DNA from: Scyliorhinus canicula
Taxonomy: Eukaryota
NCBI RefSeq assembly: GCF_902713615.1
Contig: NC_052154.1
Span: forward strand, 189,199,353 to 189,263,352
Reading direction: 5' to 3'
DNA length: 64,000 bases
The notes beneath the pieces are model-generated. The model ran no database searches and had not been told where the DNA came from. It was given only the letters and a program-made list of their open reading frames with translations. The position numbers and the translations under genes are program-made. This document shows, piece by piece, positions 50,366 through 62,796 of the stretch; the stretch's first letter is position 1; every line of letters begins with the position of its first letter.

Positions 50366-50902
50366 TTTTTTTAAAATATTTTTATTGAACATTTTCTGAT
50401 AGGCACAAAACAATAAAACAGGAAAACAAATCAAATACCCACCCTCCCCCCAGAACTCTACCCGCCCCCCCAACAGCTGATGGTGACGAGCTTTTTAAAG
50501 TATAAAATAAACAGCTGACACTTTTTGTCGAGCCCCTCAATTGCATCATTAATGGCGTACTTCATTTTCTCAAAACTCTCTAAGATCTCCCAGCCATACG
50601 GAGGCATTGGGTGGAGATGCTGATCTCCACTCCAACAGAACCTGCCTAGGAGCGCTCAGTGAGGTGAAGGATAAAACAGCAAGTGACAGCACTTCTTCCA
50701 ACAGCAACGATGGCAAATGGCAAAGACGTGAAGACCTTCCTTGCAAAGTCCCAAACCTGCCGTTAGCTGAAATGTTCTGACTGCAAGAGCCCAAACCTCT
50801 CCGACAGAATCTCTAACTTCGCGAAGCACTCCTCCAGAAACAAATCCCTCATTCCTTCCAGCCTCTAAACCAGGCATCTAATCTTGCAAGCTCAAACATA
50901 TG
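50366..50902 (-). mobile_element. L1-clade 3'-end fragment
   Basis: RQVLLEWRSASPPNASVWLGDL resembles an L1 ORF2 C-terminus; AATAAA plus A-rich tail on the minus strand near 50366-50390. Confidence 0.6.
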
Positions 50903-51683
50903 GGGCAAAATTCTCCCCTACCCAGCGGGTCGGGGGGTCCCTGCATAGTGGAGTGGCGCCAACCACTCCGGCGTCGGGCCTCCCCAAAGGTGTGGAAATC
51001 TCCGCATCTTTAGGGGCCAAGACCTCACATTAAGGGGCTAGGCCCGTGCCGGAGCGGTTGGCACCACACTGACTGGTGCCAAAACCGGCAACAACGGCCT
51101 TTGACGCCCGCCGCCCGGGCTGGCCGAAAGGCCTTTGCCGGTTCGCGCATGCGCCGGTGCGTCAGCTGCCACTGATGTCACCACCGGCGCATGCGCGCTG
51201 GGGGATTCTCTTCTGCCTCCGCCATGGTGGAGGCCGTGGTGGAAGAAAAAGAGTGCCCCCGCGGCACTGGCCCGCCGATCGGTGGGCCCCGATCGCGGGC
51301 CTGGCCACCGTGGGGGCACCCCCCGGGGTCCGATCGCCCCGCGCCCCCCACCAGGACCCCGGGGGCCCGCTCGCACCGCGCCCCCCCACCAGGACCCCGG
51401 GGGCCCGCTCGCGCCGCTGATCCTACCAGCACAGAGGTGGTTCAAACCACGGCGGCGGGAGAGGCCTCTCAGCGGCGGGACTCCGGCCCATCCGGGCTGG
51501 AGAATAACGTTAGCACAGAAACCCGTAGCCTCCCGCCGGCCCCCGCCATTCTCCGAGGTGGGCGGCTGGATTGGCGGCACGCTGACTTTTTGCGGGTGGG
51601 AGACTTCTGGACATGGCGGGGGCGGGATTTTCGGTGGACCCGGGCGATTATCCGACCCTGCTGTGGGTCGGAGAATTTCACCC
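50903..51683. mobile_element. GC-rich PIF/Harbinger-type MITE
   Basis: TIRs GGGCAAAATTCTCC / GGAGAATTTCACCC with 3-bp TSD ATG. A homologous copy lies inverted at 62797-63452. Confidence 0.8.
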
Positions 51684-51779
51684 ATGATTAGCACAAATTG
51701 GTACCAATTTCGACACAAGTGGGCTGCAAATTCAACGCCAATGTGGAAGAAATCCTTGCCAAACCCCCGCACCTCTTAA

Positions 51780-51962
51780 CCTAACCTACAGATCCCTAGA
51801 CAGTAAGGGGCAATTTAGCATGGCCAATCCACCTAACCTGCACATCTTTGGACTGTGGGAGGAAACCGGAGCTCCCAGAGGAAACCCATGCAGACACGGG
51901 GAGAAAGTGTAAACTCCACAGAGACAGTCATCCCAAGGCTGGAATTGAACCCGGGTCCCGAT
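51780..51962 (-). mobile_element. V-SINE fragment
   Basis: Core GGAGGAAACCGGAGC...CAGACACGGGGAGA. Confidence 0.7.
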
Positions 51963-52511
51963 GGGCTGGGTGGCCTCCTTCTGTACTGTCGGGATGCTAT
52001 AATTGCATTTAGTAGCATTTACCCCATTGAAACAGAAAAGCCTCTGTTCTCATGCATATCATTAGTGACATACGATCACCACTTTCTTGTTAATATTTTC
52101 AGAATATAATTTTATTAATTGGTGCATTTTATCTATCTCAACTCAGCCCATAAGCAGATTGGTGTCATCTACGATACGGTATTTCCCATGCTTTTCTCAT
52201 CCCCTGATTAATATTATGTCCCACCTTAATATTATTATTTGGTGGCCTATAAACAGCTCCAACTAATGTCCACTGCCCTTTGCTGCTTTAACTCTATCCA
52301 AACAGATTCCATGCATTGTTCTTCAGAACGCAGATCCTCACTCATGACTGCATTGACCCCGTCCCTTATTATCGGCCTGACTCCACCTCCTTTCCTTCCT
52401 AAACGCCAAATATCCTGAATATTCAGCTCACAATTGTCGTGAAATAAATGAAGAGATACACAATTATTTCTACATAACCAACGGGTTTAACGATTTTCTC
52501 CTTTGACTTAC

Positions 52512-52664
52512 CAAGGGGAGTAAAGAAAACGATTGCTGCCACCAGAAACCCCAGCACCATTCCCACGAATGCTACACAGGGGACAGGAATACCAAATATA
52601 CACCGAATCAGCGTCACGATCACCCCACCTAGCAGTCCTGCTGCTACTGTAATGGTTAACCGAT
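52512..52664 (-). CDS. TM7SF3: TM7SF3-like exon (153 bp)
   Basis: (D)RLTITVAAGLLGGVIVTLIRCIFGIPVPCVAFVGMVLGFLVAAIVFFTPL with the FFTPL motif. Poly-C+AG acceptor, GTAAGT donor. Confidence 0.9.
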
Positions 52665-53509
52665 CTGGGGGGGGGGGGGAAGAAATAGCATGTGTGAAAC
52701 TGATCAAATGATTTCACGGAGCTGGCAGAACAGGAAGGTCTTTAATGAGGTCCACAATTAGTCTTTCGGATAATCATCTTGTAAATTTAGAACATCAACA
52801 GACATTTAACGGTGCACTTGTTTCGCACAATCTTCTCATTTTAGAGCAATATTACATTGAACTTGTTACTCTGGTTCTGAGAAGATTCTCAATGCTCAAT
52901 GAAGTTTGCAGAAGAGCTTTCGACTTAATTGCAGCAGCATGTACCATCTACAAGATGCACTGCAGCAACTTATCGCAGACAAGGGGAGTAGATGCACAGC
53001 AACACCACCACCTGCCAATTCAACTCAAGCCACGCATCATCTTGACTTGGAACAATATTGCTTCCCACTTCGTTTCTGGTGGGTCAGAATCCTAGATTTC
53101 CATTCCCTCGGCACTGGGTTTACACCTGCACCAGGTGAACCACTGCAGTTTAAGGAGGGTGCTCACTTCATGTCAATTCGGGCAACAAATGCTGACCTTG
53201 CCATGGACCCTGACATTCCATGAGAATAAAAAGAAAACCAATTTGAAGTTAAGTCCAGTAAACTGAGCCGGTAAATACAGGTCACAACTAGCTCGCTACT
53301 GCACATATTTCAACGATGTAGCTCAGTTGGCTGGACAGCTGGTTCATGATGCAGAGTGAGGCCAACAAAGCGGGTTCCACTTCCATATTGGCTGGGGTTA
53401 TTCATGAAGGCCCCACCTTCTCAACTTTGCCCCTCTCCTGAGGTGTGGTGATCCTCATTACACTTTACAAAGCTGCAGCATTCTCTTGAGCAATCTGATA
53501 AAATTTGTT

Positions 53510-55030
53510 GCAATACCATGAGATGTAGGAGCTGAAGTAGGCCATTTGACCCACTGAGTCTGTTCCGCCATTCAATGAGATCACGACTGGTCCTCGACTC
53601 CACTTTCCCATCTCGTCCCCATAACCCTTGATTCTCTTCCTGAAATTCCTCCTCCTCTCCGTCTTAAGTGGGTGACCCCTTACTCAGATCGTGGCCTCTG
53701 ATCCAAGACTATCCCACAAGGGGAAACAACCTCTCAGCATCTACCCTGTCAAGCCCCCTGAGACTCCAATGTGTCTCAATAAGGTTGCCTCTCATTCTTC
53801 TCAACTCCAATGAATATAGGCCTAAACTGCTCAACCTCTCCTCATGATAAAATCTCTCCATACCGGGATCAACCTGGTGAACCGACTTTGGACTGCTTCC
53901 AATGGCAGTACATCTTCCTTAGAAAAAGGTACCAAAACTGTTCACAGCATTCCAAGTGTGGTCTAACTCGTGCCTTGAATACCTTCGGCAAGACTTCCCT
54001 ATTTTTATACTCCATTTCTTTTAAAATAAAGACAATATTCCATTTGCCTTCCCTATTACCGAGTGGGCATACATGCTAGCTTTTTGTAGGACAAGGACAC
54101 CCATATCTCTCTGTTGTGCACTTTTCTGCAACCTTTCTCCACTGACATAATATTTAGCTTCTTTATTCTTCCACTCCAAGTGCATTACTTCACATTTCCC
54201 TTTATTATATTCCATCTGCCAAGTTTCTGCCCACTCACTTAACCTGCCTATATCTCTGTAGAGTCTACCATCCTTACCACTTGCCTTTACACCTATTTTT
54301 GTCTCCTCTGCAAACCTGGCAATCGTGCATTCACTTCCCTCATCCAAGTCATCAATAATACTGCAAATAATTGCCGCCTCAGCACTGATGCATGGCATTC
54401 CACTCAGTACAGGTCCTCAAAACACCCCCCTATCCCAACTCTTCGATCAATTAGCAAATCCTTTGTCATGGGCTCTCATCTATCAAGTTGCCTTTGCTGC
54501 AGTATCTTATTGAACGCTTTTTGGAAAATCCCAGTATATTGCATCCACCGGTTCCCCGTTATCTACCCTGCTCATTACCACCCCAAAGAATTCTAATAAA
54601 TGTGTCAGGCACGATTTCCCCTTTATGAAGCCATGCTGACTCTGTTTGATTATATTATGCATCTCTAAATGCTTTGCTATTAGATCCTTTATAATGGACT
54701 CTTAACATTTTCCCAATGACAGAAGATAATCTTGCCCGACAGTTCGGCCTACAGTTACTAGTTTTTGTTTGTCTCCCTCCTTTTTTGAGTAAAGATGTTA
54801 CAATAACAATTTTGCAATCCTCTGGGACTTTTCCAGAATTTAAGGATTCTTGGAAGATTCATACCAATGAATCCACCATCTCTGTAGCCACTTCCTCTAA
54901 TATCCTGGGATGCAACCCACCAGGCCCAGGGGACCCATCAGCCTTTAAAACTATTAGTTTCCCCTAGTACTGTTTCTCTAGTGATAGTTATAACCTTCCC
55001 TCCCCTTGCCCCTTGATTATTTAGCACATT
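53510..55030 (-). mobile_element. CR1-type LINE fragment
   Basis: ARFAEETKIG...WQMEYNKGKCEVMH RT remnant and a CR1-type 3' tail. Confidence 0.8.
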
Positions 55031-55207
55031 TCCAAGGGCGCAATTTAAATTTTAATTGACCTAACCAGTGTGATTATAAGAGCTCATCCTATAGATAGCA
55101 AAAAATAAAAAAAGCATTGAAAAGGCAGAAGTGCAGACAAGGATTTAGTTGAAGAAACAGGAAACTAAAGAATATTCTGCATGTCAAATTTCCTAATCCA
55201 CACTTAC

Positions 55208-55288
55208 CAATGAAGTTGAGTGCAGAGAATCGTGTTACCAACACAAAGCTCATAAATCCAAAGATCAAGAATCCAAAGAACAGAAATT
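55208..55288 (-). CDS. TM7SF3: TM7SF3-like exon (81 bp)
   Basis: (E)FLFFGFLIFGFMSFVLVTRFSALNFI. TTTTTATAG acceptor, GTAAGT donor, phase 1-1. Confidence 0.85.
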
Positions 55289-55338
55289 CTATAAAAACAG
55301 TTGGAAAAAAAAACAGGTTAGTCTGCTTTACAAATCTA

Positions 55339-56026
55339 GGGAGCGATCTAACGGAAAAGTGTCGTTTGTGGCAGGTTTTGCTGGGAATTTCCCGTCAGCT
55401 CTTTCAGCGAGTTCCCCACTGCGACCTAACCACTATTAGTCACTTTTTGGGGCCTTGGGGCGTTTCTCCCCAGCTTAGCTGTCCAGACCGACTCCTCACA
55501 GATCGGGCCACCATTTTGAAAGGGTGCACCGATCTCGAAGGGGACTTGTGATCCCCCACACCCTCACCCATGGGCAATGTCACCCCCGACACACATGGGC
55601 ATTACGCCAAACCCTGCCCTCCCCCAATTGATGACACCCCGCCAAGGTGGCAATGGGAGGTGCTCACATTTCAGGAGAGGGCCAGGGGCCACCGTACCCT
55701 GACCACCCAGGGGCCTCTGAATGTCTGGGATATTGCTGGGTGCCGTTCCAGCTGGTCCAATGTGTGGATCAGTACTGAACGGTGCCAGGCTGTGGAGTCC
55801 CCGGGGAGATCGTTAGGTGCTGGGTGAGCACACCTCACTGCATTCAAAACCGATTTAGGCGCGCGAGACTTGGTCACACCCATTAAGGACGGGATCCAGA
55901 TCCTGGTCTGGATAGATCTCGCAAGATGTACTAGCTGCCGGGAAGCCTGTGGGAGGCTTCTCCCAGCGTCTACCGGCTGCTTCGCGCTCCAGTTGGGACG
56001 TAACGCGGCCGGTAGATCACGTCCCC
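55339..56026. mobile_element. Older Harbinger-like MITE
   Basis: Imperfect TIRs GGGAGCGATCTAACGG / CCGGTAGATCACGTCCC around a GC-rich interior. Confidence 0.55.
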
Positions 56027-56678
56027 AATCTGGTAGAGCATGTATTCTCCATTGATGGTAACCATAATATCACAAAACCTGTAATCTGAGATTCTGCAAA
56101 GTGCACAGTCAAATCCAGTGTGCAATACCATCAAAACCAGGTTGTGGAGCCGAAACATTTATTGAATTGCAAGTGCAGGAGAAACAATATCAAATAAATG
56201 CTCAGAGGAGACAGCAACTCTATCATCCGGTCGGCAAACATTCTGTATCGGGGACTGTGCGCGCGACATGAAGCACTGATTTTTTTCCACCCTTCTTGTT
56301 AAAAGCTAATGGATTAATCACTCCACGATCTCAGTATTTGTAGTTTTGTTTTTAAAATCTGAACTCAGAATTCAACAGAAAGGTGATACATACAGAAAAA
56401 CCTTTCTTAGCCATCTGAGTAAGGGGGAGCGAGCAGGCAAGTGAACGAGAGCGCGAGAGACTGCTTGCTCAGAGAATATTTAGTATCCACCCTCTTTAAT
56501 ATTTAAATCCCAAGGGAAACGCTCCCTGAAGCCAATTCCACTGCTTAAAATCTAAAAGGAGTTTTTATCATGAGGGGAGGGAGGGAGGAACATGATTCGA
56601 AGAAGGAATATCATTTTACACATTACAAAATTAAATCCAATTGGAAGGACTATCTTAAGACATTTTTAAACACATTAC

Positions 56679-56771
56679 CTGCTTCAAAGATTCTATGGCC
56701 AATCAAACAGAGAATTAAGCCATAGACTCCAATTACTGTGCACAAAACCTTTATGTAGATAAAATTTCTAT
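56679..56771 (-). CDS. TM7SF3: TM7SF3-like exon (93 bp), transmembrane segment
   Basis: Manual translation (D)RNFIYIKVLCTVIGVYGLILCLIGHRIFEA with the GHR motif. TTTTGCAG acceptor, GTAATG donor, phase 1-1. Confidence 0.85.
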
Positions 56772-58473
56772 CTGCAAAACAGAAAATAAATCATGTGTTT
56801 TGGATGGAACCTGTTTATCACTAAAAATCTTTGACTAATGGGGGGGGGGGGGGGGGATTCTGTTCAACATCAAAACGAAAAATGAAATTAATACCAATAG
56901 GTTTTCTTCACCACTGAAGTGGCAATTTGGCATCTTGGTCAATACTGCCAATATCAATAATGTGCTTCCATTGACAAATCATACTTTATAACATTCTCCT
57001 CCTTACTCTTTGCATAGACAGCTTTAATAATTCTTTGTGGGCGAGAACTGGGCAATATGTTATATTATTACAAGCGAAACAGTAGCTTGCCGAACATAGT
57101 GGTGTACGATTATCACAAGGCAGTTTGGTACAGTGAGGGATAAGTTATTAAATCAGCCTCAACAACATAGAAAATCGACATGATTAATTCTCTTATCAAA
57201 ACAAGGTAAGAGAACTGGACAGAACATAACGAAGAGAAAGGAATGACAAAAAGATTAGCAAACATGGAAGAACTGGCGAATGAGAAAACTATAGTTACAA
57301 AAATAAAGAACAATAGCTAGAGTTTCTATGGATGTTTAAATAAGAAAAGCTGATCCTTTCGAAAGTGAGACTGAGGAATGAATAATAGAAAATAAGGAAA
57401 TTGCCAATGACCAGAACTGGTATTTTAGAACACAAATAACATCCCAGAAACAGCTGTAAAATCAGGAAATAGAAAGGCGGGAAGAACTCAGGAAAATGAC
57501 AGCGACCAGATAAGAGATATGGAGCAAACGGTTGGGAATTATGGGCTGACAAATCCCCGAGTTTGAACGGACTTCATCCTCAAGTCTCAAAGGAAACAGC
57601 TCGCAAAATAGTTGATGTGTTAGTTTTAATTTTCCAAGTTCCCTAGATTCGGGGTGGGTTCCACTAGATTGGAAAATAGCGAAAGTAACTCCTTTATTCA
57701 AAGAGGCAGACAGAAATCAGGAAACTACAGGCAGGTAGCTTAACATGAAAATGAAATGAAATTGCTTTATTGTCACGAGTAGGCTTCAATGAAGTTACTG
57801 TGAAAAGCCCCTAGTCGCCACATTCCGAACCCTGCTGTCGGCCTGCTTGGTCTGCTTTAAAAGCCAGTGATTTAGCCCGGTGAGCTAAACCAGCCCCTCC
57901 ATCATTGGGGAAATGTTAAGAAACTATTATTAAAGATGTTCTCACAGGGCACTTACAACGCAATCGGGCAGAGTCAACATGATTTTGCGAAAGGGAAATC
58001 GTAACTAACTAGTTAATTTATTGGAGTTCTTTAAAGGATAACATAGATCATAGAATTTACAAGGAGGCCAGTTGGCCCATCGAGTCTGCACCGGCCCTTG
58101 AAAGATCACCTACCCAAGCCCACACCTCCACCCTATCCCCGTAACCCAGCAACCCCATCTAAACTATAAGGAAACCAGTGGGTAAGTGCTGTGAATAGAA
58201 AGGAACCAGTGAATTTACTCTACTTCGATTTCCAGAAGGCACTGGAAAATATCCAACAAAGGTTACTGCGGAATCAAAAGCTTATGTTATGGGGATTATT
58301 GGCATGGACAGATGATTGGCTATTTCACAGGTAGCCATTATTGGGTCTTTTTCTGGTTGGCTGGATGTAACAAGTGATCTGCTGCAGGGATCAGTGCCTT
58401 TTTCATTTTATATAAATGACTTGGGTGAAGGGACAGAAATTCTGGTTGCTAAATTTGCTGAAGACAAAGATAT

Positions 58474-58767
58474 GGGCTGGATTCTCCGTTTTTGGGACTA
58501 TGTCCCACGCCGTCGTGAAAACTGGTCTTTTACGTCAGGAACTCTGGCATCAAAAGGCCACAGATACACAGCCCTGCAGGGGGCTAGCAGGCAGGTGTCG
58601 TGGAGCAATGGCCTGAGGCAGTGGATACTCGGCGTGCACACTGCTTTACGGGGGATGGGGGCGGAGAATTGCGCAACCGGCGCCGGCCCCGATTTTTTGT
58701 GGGAAAACAGATTCTCCGCCCTGTCGCCGAATGTGATTTCGGCATCGGGGTGCAGAGAATCCAGCCC
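58474..58767. mobile_element. Short Harbinger-type MITE
   Basis: Perfect 13-bp TIRs GGGCTGGATTCTC / GAGAATCCAGCCC with AT(G) flanks. Confidence 0.75.
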
Positions 58768-58980
58768 ATGATGTGGCGATGCCGGCGTTGGTCTAGGATG
58801 GGCACAATAAGAAATATTACAACACCAGGTTAAAGTCCAACAGGTTTGTTTGGAATCACTAGCTTTCGGAGTGTAGCTCCTTAATCAATGAGTCACCTGA
58901 TGAAGGAGCTGCGTTCCGAAAGCTAGTGATTCCAAATAAACCTGCGGGACTTTAACCTGGTGTTGTAAGACTGCTTACTG
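58768..58980. mobile_element. Penelope-type palindromic element, copy 3
   Basis: Same sequence family as copies 1 and 2, with more diverged arms. Confidence 0.78.
58890..58932 (+). ncRNA. Minimal type I hammerhead ribozyme motif
   Basis: Stem I GAGUCAC/GUGAUUC (7 bp, one GU); core CUGAUGA; extra A; stem II GGAGC-UGC-GUUCC; GAAA; vestigial palindromic stem III (AGCU); UA cleavage site after 58925. Confidence 0.7.
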
Positions 58981-59759
58981 GACACCAAGATAGGTAGGAT
59001 AGAAGTGTTGAAGAGGACACAAAGAGGCTACAAAGTAACATTGATAGGTTGTGAGTGGGCAAAGATCTGGCAATTGACGGATACTGTGGGTCAATGTACA
59101 ACTGTCCATTTTAGCAAGAATAAAGAAGCCCATTCTCCAAATGGTGAGAGATTGCAGAGCTCCGAGATTCAGAGATATCTAAGTGTCTTTGTGCATGAAT
59201 CACAAACGGCTAGTATGTTGGTGCAGCAAGCAATAATTAGGAAAGCTAATAGAAAGTCACAGTTTATTGTGAGGAGACTGGAATACAAGAGGAGGGAGGT
59301 TATGTTTCAGTTGTACAGGGCATTGGTAAGACCATATTTGGCGTACAGTGTACAATATTGGCCTCCTTATTTAACGACAGACGTAAATGCCTTGGAAGCC
59401 ATTCAGAGAGGGTTTACTGGACTAATACCTGAAATGGGAGAACTGTCTTATGAGGAAAGGTCGAACAGGTTAGGCTTGTATCCACTAGAGTTTAGAAGCA
59501 CAAGAGGTGAATTGAAGGAGATCTATAAAGATCCGGAGGGGGTCTCGACAGTGGATGTGGAGAGGCAGTTTCCTCTTGTGGGATCGAGAACGAATGTGAT
59601 TTCACTTGTTTAAAAATAAAGGGTATGCTCTTTCAAGACAGGGATTGAGATTTTTTTTTTGCCAGAGGGTCGTGAAGCTTTGGAACTGCACCTTAAAAAG
59701 ACATTTTAAGGCACTCTTCCTGAAAAGACAGTGGAAACAGAGCTAGATAAATTCTAGAT

Positions 59760-60885
59760 TTCCTATTTATTGACTACAGCTCTGCCTTCAACACCATAAT
59801 CCCAGTCAAACTCATATCAAAGCTCCAAAACCTAGGACTTGGCTCCTCACTCTGCAACTGGATCCTCGACTTTCTGACCCGTAGACCACACTCAGTAAGA
59901 ATAAACAACAACACCCCCTCCACGATAGTCCTCAATACTGGGGCCCCACAAGGCTGCATACTTAGCCCCCTACTAAACTCCCTGTACACACACAATTGCG
60001 TGGCAAAATTTGGTTCCAGCTCAATCTATAAGTTTGCTGACGACACGGTCATAGTGGGTCAGATCTTGAACAAGGATGAGTCATAATACATGAGGGAGAT
60101 AGAGAACCTAGTGGAGTGGTGCAGCGACAACAATCTATCCTGCAATGTCAGCAAAACTAAAGAGCGGGTCACTGACTTCAGGAAACAAAGTGCTGTACAC
60201 ACCCCTATCAGCATCAACGGGGTCGAAGTGGAGATGGTTAGCAGTTTCAAATTCCTAGGGATACACATATCCAAAAATCTGTCCTGGTCCACCTACGTCA
60301 ACTCTACCACCAAGAAAGCACAACAGCACCTATGCTTCCTCAGGAAACTAAGGAAGTGTGGCATGTCCACATTAACACTTACCAACTTTTACAGATGCAC
60401 CATAGAAAACATTCTATCTGGCTGCATCACAGCCTGGTATAGCAATTGCTCGGCCCATGACCACAAGAAACGTTAGCGAGTTGTGAACACCGCCCAGTCC
60501 ATCACATGAACCCACCTCCTATCCATTGACTCCATCTACACCTCCCGTTGCCTGGGGAAAGCAGGCAGCATAATCAGACCCCTCCCACCTGGCTTACTCA
60601 CTCTTCCAACTTCTTCCTTTGGGCAGGAGATACAAAAGTCTGAGAACACGCCCGAACAGAGGCAAAAAACAGCTTCTTCCCTGCTGTTACAAGTCTCCCA
60701 AATGACCTGATTAATACTGCACTACTGTATGCTTCACCCGATATCGGTGTCTATGTAATTACATTGTGTACCTTTGTTACCCGATTATGCATTTTATTTT
60801 CATGCACTGAATGATCTGTTGAGCTGCTCGCAGAAAAATACATTTTACTGTACCTTGGTACGCGTGACAATAATCCAATCCAATC
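59760..60885 (+). mobile_element. Rex1/Babar LINE fragment nested in CR1
   Basis: [15 protein letters not shown] and FKFLGIHI...GCITAWY; (AATCC)n tail. Confidence 0.85.
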
Positions 60886-61956
60886 CAATGGGGTGAAAGC
60901 TTTTCGGGGGGGGGGGGGGGGGGGGGGTGGAAGGAAAGGAACATGGATTGGAGGTTACAATCGGATCAGGCATGATCTTATTGAATGGGTGACCAGGCCC
61001 GAAGGGTTGAGTGCCTATTCCTGCTCCTAATTCGTACATTTGCACGTCTGACAGGTACAAAGGAATGCTAAAAAAACCTCTCTTCATACTGAAAGGTGAG
61101 ATATTGTGAAACACGATGTCTTGGAAAATCAGAGGTCTCATTAACAGGGTGCCTAAAAATAAAGAGGAGGCTGGTATTTACTTGGCAAGCCAGTAGATCA
61201 AGAGACGTGGAGAAAAGTGCAGGCAGCTGAATAGATAGATTGGCTGTGACTAACAAAATAGCACAGCAATATTACAGGGAAAATTAACTTTGCCATGCTC
61301 CCAATTTACACTTCCAATTTAAATTGGCAGGCTTAACTATTGTGCAGGCATCGCATACACCTACAGAAATATAATTCTGTCCCATAGATTCTAAGGATAG
61401 ATTGCCAAATGGTACAATTTATTTAGCTTTAGATTTTTCCAAATGCTATAACCACATGGGAGACGAAATGCTGAGATTATGCATGTTAATTCCACAGATT
61501 CGTGTCCACTGCTGTTAAAACCTCCCTCCAGTGACCCAATGTTCCAGTTTGTCGCGGTGCCAAGTTTCAACTTCAGCATTTCTGGAAACTGTTGAAAAAA
61601 GGATGAGCTTGTACGTGTTTGTGAAAGAAATGGAATCTCATTAACCATGGTCAAATTAAAAAAGGCAAAACATGTCATTCAAATTTATAGTAAAGAAAAA
61701 AAATCATTTGATAGAATTCATTTTGTTGCACTCACATGGATATTACAGACTTTTGCTAAATCAAACACAACACAATCTTTATATCACGGGTGTCAAATTA
61801 AAGAAAATAAATAAAAATTAGACTCTACCCTGTCTCTTTTGAAGGCTTCAGTTGAACCGGTCACCAAACTGTTTAAATCCAAAAAAAAGTCAAAAGAATA
61901 TAATTGATCAGGAAATGTTATGTTAGTGTCTGTAACATCGGTCAGGACGTAAGATT

Positions 61957-62185
61957 CGGGGTGGCACAGTGATTAGCACTGCTGCCTCACGGCGCTGAGG
62001 ACCTGGGTTCGATCCCGGCCCTGGGTCACAGTCTGTGTGGAGTTCGCACATTCTCCCCCTGTCTGCATGGGTCTCACCCCACAACCCAAAAGAATGTGCA
62101 GGGTAGGTGGATTGGCCACGCTACATTGCACCTTAATTAGGGAATAAAGAAATTGGGTACTGTAAATTTTTTTTTTTTTAAAGAA
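61957..62185 (+). mobile_element. Short V-SINE variant
   Basis: tRNA-like head, flanked by GTAAGATT direct repeat. Confidence 0.78.
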
Positions 62186-62536
62186 TGTAAGATTTGAAAC
62201 TGGTCAATTCCCAACTGTTTTCAAGATTGTACTAAGGTTATGGGTGATGTAATATCTCCTGACACCGTTGTAGTTGACATTTGCAAAAAAATTATACAAC
62301 TGTCAAATCCTGCCAAAGTAAAAATAACTCTCATCCCTCTGGGGTCTCGATCTCATACATCTGCTTCTCTGACTGGGGGATCAGACAACATATCCCCCGT
62401 CAGTTACTGATTCAAACTTTCCCACCAATTCAGCTTTTCATTTGTTGTTCTTGCACGATTCATAAACTATATTTGATAAAATGGTGACAATGGTAACATA
62501 TGTGAAGTTACATTTTAACTTTTGTGGTTCCGTTAC

Positions 62537-62714
62537 CTGAGTGCTTACACAGGTATCCTTCAGAAGACAAACTGCAGGCGTATGTGGATACAGGAGCATA
62601 AGACGCAGAGGTTTTCAAATGAGGGTCCCTGACAATAACATTGTATATCACACCAGTGCCAATATAAGAGTTTCCATAGGTTATTGACTGCTGGAACGAA
62701 TTTCTTGTGGTGAT
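62537..62714 (-). CDS. TM7SF3: TM7SF3-like internal exon (178 bp)
   Basis: ITTRNSFQQSITYGNSYIGTGVIYNVIVRDPHLKTSASYAPVSTYACS... matches the TM7SF3 GVIYNVIVxDP..TSAxY.P..TYACS motif. CAG acceptor, GTAACG donor. Confidence 0.88.
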
Positions 62715-62796
62715 CTGTTGTAGTAAGAACAAGTACGTTAAGTCCGCAAATATACTAACAAGCTAAGTTAATATACAAGAGACTTTTCCTTATCGG

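Larger units (their letters stand above)
57240..61035 (+). mobile_element. CR1-type LINE interrupted by five nested insertions
   Basis: Collinear RT remnants (WKIAKVTPLFK, DFQKA, AKFAED/TKIG, LYRALVRPYL); the 3' tail resumes at about 60890-61035. Confidence 0.75.

Noticed and set aside
51038-51779. Long overlapping ORFs (up to 244 aa) in several frames
   Set aside because: They lie in a GC-rich MITE with few stop codons, give low-complexity Pro/Gly/Arg products and show no recognisable domain.
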